A stretch of DNA of 64,000 nucleotides from a virus. Its lineage: Duplodnaviria > Caudoviricetes. Below the pieces are notes generated by a model. It did no database searches. It saw only the letters and a program-made list of their open reading frames with translations, and was not told the DNA's origin. The position numbers and the translations under genes were made by a program. Where the stretch lies: IMG/VR virus record IMGVR_UViG_3300017909_003066, positions 32,001-96,000 of that record, one strand, 5' to 3'. Below are positions 1 through 8,917 of this stretch, in pieces; the first letter of the stretch is position 1, and the number at the start of each line of letters is the position of its first letter.

Positions 1-138
1 AAAGTTAAGTCCGCCACCTAAACCTAATGCCGCATATATCTCAACAAAGTTTTGGTTGACTTTATCAAAACCTACTCTAATACTATCACCGGTAGCGTCA
101 TTACCCGTAGTACCAATGTTTACTTCTTTACGTGCCAT
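1..138 (-). CDS. Baseplate/tail structural protein, T4 gp9/gp10-like N-terminus (partial, runs off the window start)
   Basis: Manual translation MARKEVNIGTTGNDATGDSIRVGFDKVNQNFVEIY matches the gp9/gp10 'NIG..NDGTGD.LR..F.K.N.NF.E.Y' motif; not in the ORF track. Confidence 0.8.
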   Translation of the reverse strand, partial: MARKEVNIGTTGNDATGDSIRVGFDKVNQNFVEIYAALGLGGGLNF

Positions 139-141
139 ATG

Positions 142-465
142 TTAAACTCCGAAACTTTCTCCGCAACCACACGAACTAGTTGCATTAGGATTGACAATAC
201 TCATATAAGAGCCAAATACTTCCTTTTTATAGTCAATTGTAGTACCTGCTACATACATTAAACCTATACCATCTATTAAAAACTTGCCATTTGCAAGTTC
301 AATTTGCTCGTCACCTTTTGATATTTCTTCTACTGCTTTCCATTCATACTGAAAACCAGCACATCCACCGCCTTTTACACTTAATTTAACGTAAGGTTTT
401 TGCTCACGTTCAATGATGTTTTCCATGTGTTCTTTAGCAGAATCTGTGATATTTACGATGCTCAT
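142..465 (-). CDS. iscA: IscA/HesB Fe-S cluster assembly accessory protein
   Basis: GGGCAGFQY and C-terminal NPNA.SSCGCGESF motifs. Confidence 0.95.
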   Translation of the reverse strand: MSIVNITDSAKEHMENIIEREQKPYVKLSVKGGGCAGFQYEWKAVEEISKGDEQIELANGKFLIDGIGLMYVAGTTIDYKKEVFGSYMSIVNPNATSSCGCGESFGV

Positions 466-522
466 ATCAATATTTAGTTTAAAATTTTGTAATCCGAATG
501 TAAACGATTAAATACTTTAGAA

Positions 523-810
523 ATGTTTATTAGGATAGATAATCATATAACACACTTCTATCGCAAGAGTAAAAAGGGTAAAATACACCCTTATAAACGC
601 ATTAAACAAGTAGCAGTGTTTCAATGTGATGAATGCGAAGAGCAGTTCAAACGTGACAAGGGCAAGGTAGATCCTAAAAGGCTATCTGACAACTATTTCC
701 ATGTATGTGAAAAATGTGATCCAAAGCGATTTGCACAGAAAAAAGGTGTACAAAAACGTTTAGTTTGGAATATGCCTGCAGGCAGTACGTTAGATATTAG
801 TAAAATTTAA
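523..810 (+). CDS. Hypothetical basic zinc-ribbon protein
   Basis: CDEC...HVCEKC Cys pairs; TAAATA at 509-514. Confidence 0.6.
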   Translation: MFIRIDNHITHFYRKSKKGKIHPYKRIKQVAVFQCDECEEQFKRDKGKVDPKRLSDNYFHVCEKCDPKRFAQKKGVQKRLVWNMPAGSTLDISKI

Positions 811-1181
811 AAACCAACAAAGTCTCTATATTCTTCGTTAATCTTATCTTTGCCCCATTGCGGTAACATAGTAGTAATAACTTGCACTTCGTTTATTTTT
901 TCATGGCACTCTAAAGTAAGAGTTTTGACTTGTTTTAAAAGTTCATCTGCAAACGGACACCATGCACTTGTAAAAGTCATAAGCACATACAGTTTACCGT
1001 TTTGATCTATTTTAAGGTCATATATTAACCCTAGGTCATATATGTTTATTGATATTTCAGGGTCAAAGATGCCTTTCAAAGTGTCTACAACCGTTGTGCG
1101 AACAATTTCTTCTAATGCATTGTCGTTTTTAACGTGATCTAAAGTTTTTAGAAAAGCATCACTGACCGCTGATGATTGCAT
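807..1181 (-). CDS. SufT/DUF59 metal-sulfur cluster assembly factor
   Basis: DPEISINIYDLGLIY and MTFTSAWCP motifs; start revised to MQSS at 1181. Confidence 0.9.
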   Translation of the reverse strand: MQSSAVSDAFLKTLDHVKNDNALEEIVRTTVVDTLKGIFDPEISINIYDLGLIYDLKIDQNGKLYVLMTFTSAWCPFADELLKQVKTLTLECHEKINEVQVITTMLPQWGKDKINEEYRDFVGF

Positions 1182-1182
1182 A

Positions 1183-1356
1183 TTATCCTCTTTTCCAGAT
1201 AGTCCATGCTCCATAGGCAATTGCCGCATAGGCAAGTAAACCTGCAATAGGTTTTGCAATCAGTACTACTATACCAAGTGCAATAAGGGCCGCACCGTCC
1301 CAAGATGTTCTTTCTTTAAAACGGTCAGATACCCAAGATTTAAATTTATCAATCAT
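1183..1356 (-). CDS. Small membrane protein
   Basis: ERTSWDG followed by two hydrophobic segments; AGGAG RBS before ATG at 1356. Confidence 0.7.
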   Translation of the reverse strand: MIDKFKSWVSDRFKERTSWDGAALIALGIVVLIAKPIAGLLAYAAIAYGAWTIWKRG

Positions 1357-1366
1357 AATTTGCTCC

Positions 1367-1510
1367 TTATTGTTTTTTACGTGGTCTACCACGTGTTTTT
1401 TTAGTAGGTTGTATTTTAGCCTTAGTTTTACTTGGTGCCTTTTTCTTATTAGGTTTTTTTGGTTGTTCTTTCTTTTCAGAAGAGAATAAACTTTTAATCC
1501 ATCTAATCAT
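1367..1510 (-). CDS. 47-aa Lys-rich protein with a C-terminal AT-hook
   Basis: Manual translation MIRWIKSLFSSEKKEQPKKPNKKKAPSKTKAKIQPTKKTRGRPRKKQ; GAGGA RBS. Confidence 0.7.
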   Translation of the reverse strand: MIRWIKSLFSSEKKEQPKKPNKKKAPSKTKAKIQPTKKTRGRPRKKQ

Positions 1511-1522
1511 ACTAATTTCCTC

Positions 1523-2074
1523 TTATTCTGTAAGTGTAATTACCCCACAAGCAAGTCTTTTGCCTGCATTTCCGGTCTTAAGTGATTCGTCGTCTCCGCC
1601 CATTCCCAAATCATCTTCATCTTCATGAACCACTAAAGCACGACCTATAATTGATCTATCTCCAAATAGATCAACACGTTTTGCTATTATTGTGAAATCG
1701 GCTACGCCGTTTGTTCCCGCTACGACATTTTCTAAATCACCAACATGTCCTTTATCAAGTCCACCGTGATTAACATTGTCTGGATTATAATGAGCACCAG
1801 CACTGTCGCAACCATCTGATAGATCACCGTATTCATGTATATGAAAACCATGTTTTCCTGGAGTAAGTCCTGTTATCTTACCAACAATCATAGTTGGTTG
1901 TTCTGGAGACAACTGTCTAAACAGTATTGTTCCTTTGACTTTGTCTGAATGTTCTAACACACATTTACCTGTGATAGGTTCCTGTGATTCGTTTATTGCT
2001 TTGATTTTAGAACAATGGCATTCCATGGCCCTCGTTCTAGGACAACGTTTATCGGATATTTCATTCAGTTTCAT
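1523..2074 (-). CDS. sodC: Cu/Zn superoxide dismutase
   Basis: [25 protein letters not shown] and [12 protein letters not shown] motifs. Confidence 0.97.
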   Translation of the reverse strand: MKLNEISDKRCPRTRAMECHCSKIKAINESQEPITGKCVLEHSDKVKGTILFRQLSPEQPTMIVGKITGLTPGKHGFHIHEYGDLSDGCDSAGAHYNPDNVNHGGLDKGHVGDLENVVAGTNGVADFTIIAKRVDLFGDRSIIGRALVVHEDEDDLGMGGDDESLKTGNAGKRLACGVITLTE

Positions 2075-2088
2075 ATCAGTATTTATTG

Positions 2089-2241
2089 TTATTTTTTACA
2101 AAAATCCCATAATCTGTTTCTGTATTCTTTTTTACTTTTACTAAAATTAGTAAACGTTTTTGGATACTTAACCAAATGTATAGGCTTTTGTTTCAAAACT
2201 TGACTGATAGGACCCTCTGCTAAAATCCTCATCTCGCTCAT
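2089..2241 (-). CDS. Small basic hypothetical protein overlapping the uvsE 3' end
   Basis: ATG at 2241 preceded by TAAATA-N5 as in other late genes. Confidence 0.5.
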   Translation of the reverse strand: MSEMRILAEGPISQVLKQKPIHLVKYPKTFTNFSKSKKEYRNRLWDFCKK

Positions 2242-3253
2242 AGCAATATTTAGCCAATTCGAAAGATGCAAGATTCTTTGCTTTCGATTCAACCATTATA
2301 TCAGCAGTTTCGTTAAAAGATAATGCCCAATCATTTACTGCTTTATTCCACATAAAATCGCTGTGTGCTCTTAACTTTTGTTTTTTAAAACCTTGTTCAA
2401 GCAGTTCATTCATGTTTGGAAGTGTATTTGAATTATGACCTTCTAGTAAATCTTCACGTGATACTGAATAATGTATAACAGGTCGAACACCACGCCAACT
2501 ATCTATTATGCGTAGATATCTATCGTCGGTGGGTTGTATGTATTCTCCACTAGCGACCCAGTGATGGTGTATGTCAAGTACGAGTGCGACATGTTTTTCA
2601 AGTTCGAGTGACGCATCGATGCCCCACGACATTTCGTCATTTTCGATTGTAATAACATTTTTCGCTTCTTGAGATAATCTTGGGAGGACATTAATGATAC
2701 CGGTTGGACCTTGTCTGCCCGATATATGGACATTGCATTTAAAGTCTTGGAAGGATTTTCCGTAACCCATCCACCTGATGACATCAACATGATATTCAAA
2801 CTCCTCTATACTTCTATTTACGATATCAGGATTATCTGACGCAAGTACAGTAAACTGACCAGGATGCATAGAAAGCCTAACATCCAGTTCACGAGCCTTT
2901 GCGCCGACGACTGATAGGTGCTTTTCACAATATTCTCGTACATCAGGCTTCCGCCAGAAATAGCACCAAGTAGGCTCAGTATAAACAGGTAGGACGTCAC
3001 TTCCCAACCTAACCATTCTAAGTTCATTCGGTAATCCTCCAACATATTCAATTAAGTTTTCAAATGATTTGATATTGTGTTCCATAATGTCCCACAATCT
3101 TTGTTCAGCAACTTCTGTAGTTTGTCTGTTTAACCATGCAACTGTTGTACTTCGTGTATTCAAAGGACGTTGAACTTCCTCTAACAGTTTTTTACGCATA
3201 GTTTGATCAGGATACATATACTTACATGCAAAACCAATTCTTCTTATTGTCAT
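2168..3253 (-). CDS. uvsE: UV-damage endonuclease UvsE/UVDE
   Basis: RIGFAC, RLSMHPGQF, IENDE, DIHHH, RAHSD and IMVESK motifs. Confidence 0.93.
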   Translation of the reverse strand: MTIRRIGFACKYMYPDQTMRKKLLEEVQRPLNTRSTTVAWLNRQTTEVAEQRLWDIMEHNIKSFENLIEYVGGLPNELRMVRLGSDVLPVYTEPTWCYFWRKPDVREYCEKHLSVVGAKARELDVRLSMHPGQFTVLASDNPDIVNRSIEEFEYHVDVIRWMGYGKSFQDFKCNVHISGRQGPTGIINVLPRLSQEAKNVITIENDEMSWGIDASLELEKHVALVLDIHHHWVASGEYIQPTDDRYLRIIDSWRGVRPVIHYSVSREDLLEGHNSNTLPNMNELLEQGFKKQKLRAHSDFMWNKAVNDWALSFNETADIMVESKAKNLASFELAKYCYERDEDFSRGSYQSSFETKAYTFG

Positions 3254-3945
3254 ATATACCTTCTCAATATTTCCCAAGTTTCTTTATAATCACTTACATG
3301 ATAACATGTACCTCTATCGTTGTCAAGTATTACTTTTTTCAACGGATAATCATTGCCATCTTTGTCCATTCTATCCCCAAAGAACACTATTTCTCCGTCT
3401 ATCCAATCTAAAATTTGTGCTTTATCTTTTCCCTTTGGAAATATATCAATACCAGTTTCTCCTCCAACTAATGCTTCAATTGCCGGAAATTGTCTTTTAA
3501 ATGTGTTTGCTATTCTTATGCGTTCTTGCTTTTCAATATCCCAAGCCACATACATTTTACGTTCTGCCATTGTTGCATTTCTGCCAACAATACTAAAGTT
3601 ACACATACCAGGTCTGTGTTCAAAATGTAAACCTGTGCGTAAAGGAAATTTACTTTGTTTTAGTTCAATATCAAGCATTTCTTCTGCTTCCGTCGGCAAT
3701 TGCCATTCGCTTGTATAAAAGTTTTTTGATCCTTTCCAAACATCACTTCCAGAACAGTTAAAACAATAGTCAACATTTCCAGTAATCATCATACCTAGTT
3801 GTTCACGTGTTTTTGCAATATCACTTCCTGTTACTAAACTAACATGATTATTGTTTATAAAAGAAAGAAACCAAGTTTGAAAACTAGGATCTATTACTTG
3901 TCTACTAGGTGTAAGTGTTCCGTCTACGTCAAAAACAAAATGCAT
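3250..3945 (-). CDS. HAD-IIB phosphomannomutase-like phosphatase/mutase
   Basis: FDVDGTLTPSR, VTGSD, NFSIVGRNA and FFGD...GNDY motifs (eukaryotic-type PMM family). Confidence 0.88.
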   Translation of the reverse strand: MHFVFDVDGTLTPSRQVIDPSFQTWFLSFINNNHVSLVTGSDIAKTREQLGMMITGNVDYCFNCSGSDVWKGSKNFYTSEWQLPTEAEEMLDIELKQSKFPLRTGLHFEHRPGMCNFSIVGRNATMAERKMYVAWDIEKQERIRIANTFKRQFPAIEALVGGETGIDIFPKGKDKAQILDWIDGEIVFFGDRMDKDGNDYPLKKVILDNDRGTCYHVSDYKETWEILRRYI

Positions 3946-3946
3946 T

Positions 3947-4819
3947 TTAACTCCAATTTATTTCTACCCAAGGATCTTCGCAGTTATGAGGATTAGGATC
4001 TCCATGGAAAACACAAATACAACATTCTGCAGGAGGTTTTACATCTTCAATTTGTGCAAATTTTCTATTACCTTTAGCACCAGATTTTAAAGTCCTGTCT
4101 TTGCGTACTTCCCATTTCCAACTTCTAATCCACTCGTCTGGCCATAAAGTTGCAGTACCTTTAGCACTTGTCCATAACCAGTCCTGATCTCCAAAATGAG
4201 TACTGATGATTTTTTGTGGATTTGAAATAAAATCAGTCCACACATGTCTAAGTTGTCCATGTTTAAATCTTATTACACTAGAATTATATTTTTGCCAACC
4301 AGGTTGCATGGCTCTTGTAAAATCTCTAATTACACACCACTTCCCTGGTTGAAAAGTAAAAAGTTTATTCAAGTTACCACTTATGACAACATCTAAATCC
4401 ATATAAAGAATATTACTGTCTTCTGGTAAGGGTAAATCAGGTGAATACATGTAAGGCTTACACCACCAACCAGATAGTTCTTTAGGTAAATCTAAACATA
4501 AAATATTTTCGTTTATATCTTTTTTATTATCGGTAAGACAAACCATTTTAAAAGGTATAGTTAAGTTACGTTTAACCATACTATACAATGTGTTAACGTA
4601 TTTCGCTGAATACTTGTCGCCGTGTTTAAGGCAAAGCACATAATTATTTTCTTTGTTATCAAACATGTCAGCAGTAGGTGAACCAGAAACTTTTCTTTTA
4701 AGTTCATCAAATGCTTGTTGTTCTGCTTGTTTTTTATTCTGTAATTTTTCTTTTCGTTTTTGTGCTTGTAAGATTCTAAATTCTTCTTTTGTATATTTGC
4801 TTTTATCTAATTTTGCCAT
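3947..4819 (-). CDS. Glycosyltransferase (GT-A, DxD)
   Basis: CLKHGDKYS..YVN.L, YMDLDVV, NSSVI, GDQDW and FHGDPNP motifs. Confidence 0.8.
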   Translation of the reverse strand: MAKLDKSKYTKEEFRILQAQKRKEKLQNKKQAEQQAFDELKRKVSGSPTADMFDNKENNYVLCLKHGDKYSAKYVNTLYSMVKRNLTIPFKMVCLTDNKKDINENILCLDLPKELSGWWCKPYMYSPDLPLPEDSNILYMDLDVVISGNLNKLFTFQPGKWCVIRDFTRAMQPGWQKYNSSVIRFKHGQLRHVWTDFISNPQKIISTHFGDQDWLWTSAKGTATLWPDEWIRSWKWEVRKDRTLKSGAKGNRKFAQIEDVKPPAECCICVFHGDPNPHNCEDPWVEINWS

Positions 4820-5490
4820 TCATCTACGTCCTTGGGTGAATTAATTTCAATTCCGTTAAAGTCAACATGTGAACAACCTATTTCCCAAGCATTTTTTAAC
4901 CAGCGAAGTTGTTCTAATCCTTCTATATTTTCTTCTTCGGGTACTTCTAAATCGTTGTACAGCCTTAAAGCATTTTCTCTATAACCATATATACCTAGGT
5001 GATGTTCACCGTAACCTTTAAATCCTCTTGCACACCAAAGCACTTGGTCACCTGCTCTAACTAACTTAACTGTGTTAGGATCATTTTGTTTTTCCTTTGT
5101 CATTGTTGTGTAAACAGTTGAAATAGGATAATACTTTAACCACTCAATTACTCTATTAATTATCTCTATAGAAATGTCTGGCATGTCTCCTTGAACATTT
5201 ACAAAATAATCATAATTTTCAAGTTTGTTAAATTTACTTACTGCACCAGAACATCTTTCTGTACCGTTTGTATAGGGTGCTATGTGTTCTTCTTCAATCC
5301 AACAATTATCAGCACCAAACAAATTAAAAATACGCATATCATCTGTAAGCACGTATGTCTTAATTCCTGTTGAATAACAAACATCATATACACGTTTGAT
5401 CATAGGAACACCATCTAATAGTGTTAAAGGTTTTCCTGGAAAACGTGTACTTTTGTATCTAGCGGGTATAAGAATAGCGGTGGATTTCAT
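4807..5490 (-). CDS. kdsB: CMP-KDO synthetase
   Basis: IPARYKSTRFPGKPL, GTERC, VNVQGD and LEQLRWL motifs. Confidence 0.93.
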   Translation of the reverse strand: MKSTAILIPARYKSTRFPGKPLTLLDGVPMIKRVYDVCYSTGIKTYVLTDDMRIFNLFGADNCWIEEEHIAPYTNGTERCSGAVSKFNKLENYDYFVNVQGDMPDISIEIINRVIEWLKYYPISTVYTTMTKEKQNDPNTVKLVRAGDQVLWCARGFKGYGEHHLGIYGYRENALRLYNDLEVPEEENIEGLEQLRWLKNAWEIGCSHVDFNGIEINSPKDVDEWQN

Positions 5491-6235
5491 CTATAACTCT
5501 TTTAAAATCTTTTAAATGTAACATATTAGGTCCATCGCTTGGTGCATTATCAGGATCAGCATGAACTTCTAAGAAGAAGTTTTTGATTCCGAGTGCCGAT
5601 GCCGCTCGTGACAAGCCGGGAACGTAAGATCTGTTGCCACCAGATGATCCACCCAAACCACCAGGTTTCTGGACGCTGTGTGTAACATCAAAAACAATAT
5701 CGGCATCAATATTGTTAAGCATAAAATCAAGTCCTGTAAAGTCAGTAACCAAAGTATTGTATCCAAAACTAGTTCCCCTTTCTGTAATCCATACTTCTTT
5801 CGCACCTTCTGTTTTTGTTAGTATACCTTCGACATCCCAAGGTGCTAGGAATTGTCCTTTTTTAATATTGACAATTTTATTTGTTCTACATGCCGCCTTA
5901 ATTAAATCAGTTTGTCTACACAAGAAAGCAGGTATCTGTATAACATCTACAACTTTATCGTAGTAGGCCGCAATTTTAAGTACATCATTTTGTGAATGTA
6001 CATCGGTTAAAATTTTAAGACCTTTAATTTTTTCTTTCATTTTAGCAAAGTCATCTAGTGTAGACATTAGACCTCTGCCTCTTTTACCGGCAATAGATGT
6101 TCTGTTTGCCTTATCAAAACTTGCTTTGAAAATGTATTCAGCAAAATGTTTATCACAAACACGTTTGCATTCTCTAGCAATTTCTAAACTTTGTTCTAGT
6201 GATTCATGTTGACATGGTCCTGCAATTATTCTCAT
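5459..6235 (-). CDS. kdsA: KDO-8-phosphate synthase
   Basis: IAGPC, KASFDKANRTS, QIPAFLCRQTDL, DVTHSVQKPG and APSDG motifs. Confidence 0.96.
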   Translation of the reverse strand: MRIIAGPCQHESLEQSLEIARECKRVCDKHFAEYIFKASFDKANRTSIAGKRGRGLMSTLDDFAKMKEKIKGLKILTDVHSQNDVLKIAAYYDKVVDVIQIPAFLCRQTDLIKAACRTNKIVNIKKGQFLAPWDVEGILTKTEGAKEVWITERGTSFGYNTLVTDFTGLDFMLNNIDADIVFDVTHSVQKPGGLGGSSGGNRSYVPGLSRAASALGIKNFFLEVHADPDNAPSDGPNMLHLKDFKRVIDEIHRYSYTR

Positions 6236-6558
6236 GTATACCTCTTTCCGTCAAAAACACAAATAAAGTAACAGCCTTTGTCTCCAGCATGTACTCTATG
6301 GAAAACTCCGTCTTTAATTATTACTGTTGTGCCTGTTCTGACCTTTATTGTTTTATCATCAAGTTCCATTTTACCACCGCCTTTGACAAATACATAAACT
6401 TCTTCTTGTCCCTTATGTTTATGTCCAGTAGTGCTTTTGTTTGCTCTAAGATAAGTTGAACTTAAAATTAAATTTTTTAATTCTGTATTGTCACGAACAA
6501 CATATCGTTCATCTTCTTTTACAATCTTGCCGCCTATATCCCAGTTTGTGTATCGCAC
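6232..6558 (-). CDS. Cupin-domain protein
   Basis: GHKH...QEEVY..G.G and G.FHRV cupin motifs. Confidence 0.85.
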   Translation of the reverse strand: MRYTNWDIGGKIVKEDERYVVRDNTELKNLILSSTYLRANKSTTGHKHKGQEEVYVFVKGGGKMELDDKTIKVRTGTTVIIKDGVFHRVHAGDKGCYFICVFDGKRYT

Positions 6559-6564
6559 AACTTA

Positions 6565-7032
6565 TTATCCCTCATATATGGCACTGTTTGCACCATGCTC
6601 ATAGCACTCAACACTTTTTACTTTTACTGTAGGATTTAATGCAGTACCTTCTTTAATAGCAATATCAATTATTTCTTGCATTTTGTTGTATGCCATTTGT
6701 GCAAATCTTTCTGCACCTACTGCCTCAACAATACGTACATCTGCTAAACCTTTTGCGTTTAATTCTTCCAATGCACCTCTTTTGGGATCATCTTCTGCAA
6801 TTACTAGTGTATGGTCAAATGTTTTCTCTAACCAGTTTTTAAAATCTTTTAGTCCACCAAAGTCCATTACCCAGTTACGTTCATCTAAACTTTCGCATTC
6901 GAACGTTAGTTTAAATCCTAAACTGTAACCATGTATTAAAGAACAATGACTGTGTGTTGCTTTCCATTGTCTAAAGGAACATGATAGTCCTCTATCATTT
7001 CCATAATTTTTTGTGCTATAAAATTTTCCCAT
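6565..7032 (-). CDS. queD: 6-carboxytetrahydropterin synthase (QueD/PTPS)
   Basis: HCSLIHGYS, VMDFGGLK, FDH, GAE and E...NSA motifs. Confidence 0.88.
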   Translation of the reverse strand: MGKFYSTKNYGNDRGLSCSFRQWKATHSHCSLIHGYSLGFKLTFECESLDERNWVMDFGGLKDFKNWLEKTFDHTLVIAEDDPKRGALEELNAKGLADVRIVEAVGAERFAQMAYNKMQEIIDIAIKEGTALNPTVKVKSVECYEHGANSAIYEG

Positions 7033-7089
7033 GTTCTACTCCAATTTTTAATATTATATATTCTTTTGTTTTGTATTGCAACATATTTT

Positions 7090-7425
7090 TTACCATTTTT
7101 CGTTGTAAATAAATTCACCAGTTGTAATATCCCAACCGTTAGTTTTATAAAATTCTTTTTCACCACGTGCATTAATTCTTTGTTTTACTTCTGAATGTGG
7201 ATGTGAATATGTCATTGGATCATGATCTGTGCCAATATACTTAAATGCTTTTGAACCATCAGAGTATCCACCTTGACCTTCTAACTTGCATGGTGGAACA
7301 TGGTCAAACTCATGTTCACATTCGCATTTGTGTTTTACACTATACTTACCGATATCTAAATTAGTACCATAGATATACTCACCATTAGTCATTTTCATAT
7401 ATATCATTTCATGCACTTGTGCCAT
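7090..7425 (-). CDS. Hypothetical protein (Cys/His-rich)
   Basis: ORF in operon context. Confidence 0.6.
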   Translation of the reverse strand: MAQVHEMIYMKMTNGEYIYGTNLDIGKYSVKHKCECEHEFDHVPPCKLEGQGGYSDGSKAFKYIGTDHDPMTYSHPHSEVKQRINARGEKEFYKTNGWDITTGEFIYNEKW

Positions 7426-7434
7426 ATAATCTCT

Positions 7435-7695
7435 CTATTCTATTACAAATTGTTTTAATCTTTCAACTTCTTTTTTCAAAGGATTCTCTAATCCTATTTG
7501 ATCGTCAACAATCGCTTTTAAAATTCTACAAGCACCTGCTAACTGTAATTCTAATTCAGGATTTTCTATATCTACTTTATTACTATTTAGAATTTGAACA
7601 ATACTTGAAATCATTTCTGTAGTAATATTAGCACTGATTTGCTTTAGTGCCTCTGTGTTATTTGCACCCGGAAACATTACAATTTTATTGGGCAT
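7435..7695 (-). CDS. Hypothetical protein
   Basis: ORF in operon context. Confidence 0.6.
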   Translation of the reverse strand: MPNKIVMFPGANNTEALKQISANITTEMISSIVQILNSNKVDIENPELELQLAGACRILKAIVDDQIGLENPLKKEVERLKQFVIE

Positions 7696-7876
7696 TTTCT
7701 AACTCTTTGAGTTCTTTAATAATTTCTAAAAATTTTTCAAAATGGTCATAATCATTTTTTCCTTCGATAACTGTTTGCTGTTCGTTAGTTTGTTGTTCTA
7801 GTTTGTTAACTTTGTAGAACAAAAACAACATAGAAATAGTGATTATTATCAGTAATACTGTCTTAAATTTTTCCAT
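7685..7876 (-). CDS. Small membrane-anchored protein
   Basis: N-terminal TM helix; start MEKFK directly after a TTGACA..TAAAAT promoter. Confidence 0.55.
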   Translation of the reverse strand: MEKFKTVLLIIITISMLFLFYKVNKLEQQTNEQQTVIEGKNDYDHFEKFLEIIKELKELENAQ

Positions 7877-7911
7877 AATGTATTTTAACATATCTAGATG
7901 ATATGTCAACC

Positions 7912-8532
7912 TTATTGATTGTCTTTTATAAGATTTTGGAGATTTTCGTAGTTGTCTATAAAGAAGTTATCATATTGGTCCCACTCTTCTGGTGGATTCC
8001 AATCATCTGGTTGTATTTGCAAAAATTTTATATTTGAATATTTCTCAAATAATTTAGCAGTTTGGTATATCCAATAACTTGGATCGGTAGGCGGTTTGCT
8101 TTCGTGATTGTAATTTTCAGTGCTTTTGTATATGTTGTTAAACAAGTTGTTACTGTTAGCATAAAGATCAAACCCAAGCATTACAATAAATTTTGGATCA
8201 AAAGTACAAGCCAAATTGAGTGCATGTCCACCACTACCCCAGTGCCAAGGATCATCTTGTCTTTTAGTATCCTTATAAGGAAGTTCTGGTAAACATCTTA
8301 CATTACGCCAAAAACTATATTCTTTATACCAATTGCTTCTAGTATAAACAGGATTTTCATAAGCATTATTAACTGCTTCTTGTACCATTCGTCTATCACA
8401 GCAAACTAAATGATCAGGATGAAAATCTCTATGAACAGCATTTGTACCAATAGATGTTCCTAATGATTCTAACTGATAAAGGTCAAAACCTTTTCTGCTT
8501 TCACCATTACCTATGACAATCACGTATTCCAT
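7912..8532 (-). CDS. DUF115/Maf-like (glycosyltransferase-associated) protein
   Basis: VIGNGESR, GTNA, SGG.AL and MLGFD motifs. Confidence 0.6.
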   Translation of the reverse strand: MEYVIVIGNGESRKGFDLYQLESLGTSIGTNAVHRDFHPDHLVCCDRRMVQEAVNNAYENPVYTRSNWYKEYSFWRNVRCLPELPYKDTKRQDDPWHWGSGGHALNLACTFDPKFIVMLGFDLYANSNNLFNNIYKSTENYNHESKPPTDPSYWIYQTAKLFEKYSNIKFLQIQPDDWNPPEEWDQYDNFFIDNYENLQNLIKDNQ

Positions 8533-8540
8533 ACGTGTAT

Positions 8541-8876
8541 TTAACGATTACGGATTTCCTTAACTAATTCTTTAATTTGCTTAATATCGTGTAACACTTC
8601 TTGTATACCGTTTTCTGCTTTATTAGTTCTTTCAGATATTTCGCCAATAACATTTACAGTCCAAAACCACCATAAAACTGCTGTAATTATTAGTACTCCA
8701 AAGCCAACCCATAACAAGTTTTCAAGTTCAGCCATACCAGCATAGTATACAACAGCACCAATAAGTAGGTAAAGAATAGGCATGACTTTGGCATACAAAT
8801 CCCACCACTTAACTTGGCGTCTAATTTTATCAGGTATTTCTTTATTTAGAAATATAACATTTTTTATTGGTTTCAT
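8541..8876 (-). CDS. Membrane protein (2 TM + coiled coil)
   Basis: Hydropathy pattern; TAAATA-N5-ATG. Confidence 0.65.
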   Translation of the reverse strand: MKPIKNVIFLNKEIPDKIRRQVKWWDLYAKVMPILYLLIGAVVYYAGMAELENLLWVGFGVLIITAVLWWFWTVNVIGEISERTNKAENGIQEVLHDIKQIKELVKEIRNR

Positions 8877-8917
8877 ATTAATATTTATTGTAAAAAAATA
8901 TACGTTAAGATAGTAGT

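Noticed and set aside
2168-2292. Frameshifted or pseudogenised uvsE 3' end
   Set aside because: All UvsE motifs are in one frame; the second frame is better explained as a separate late gene
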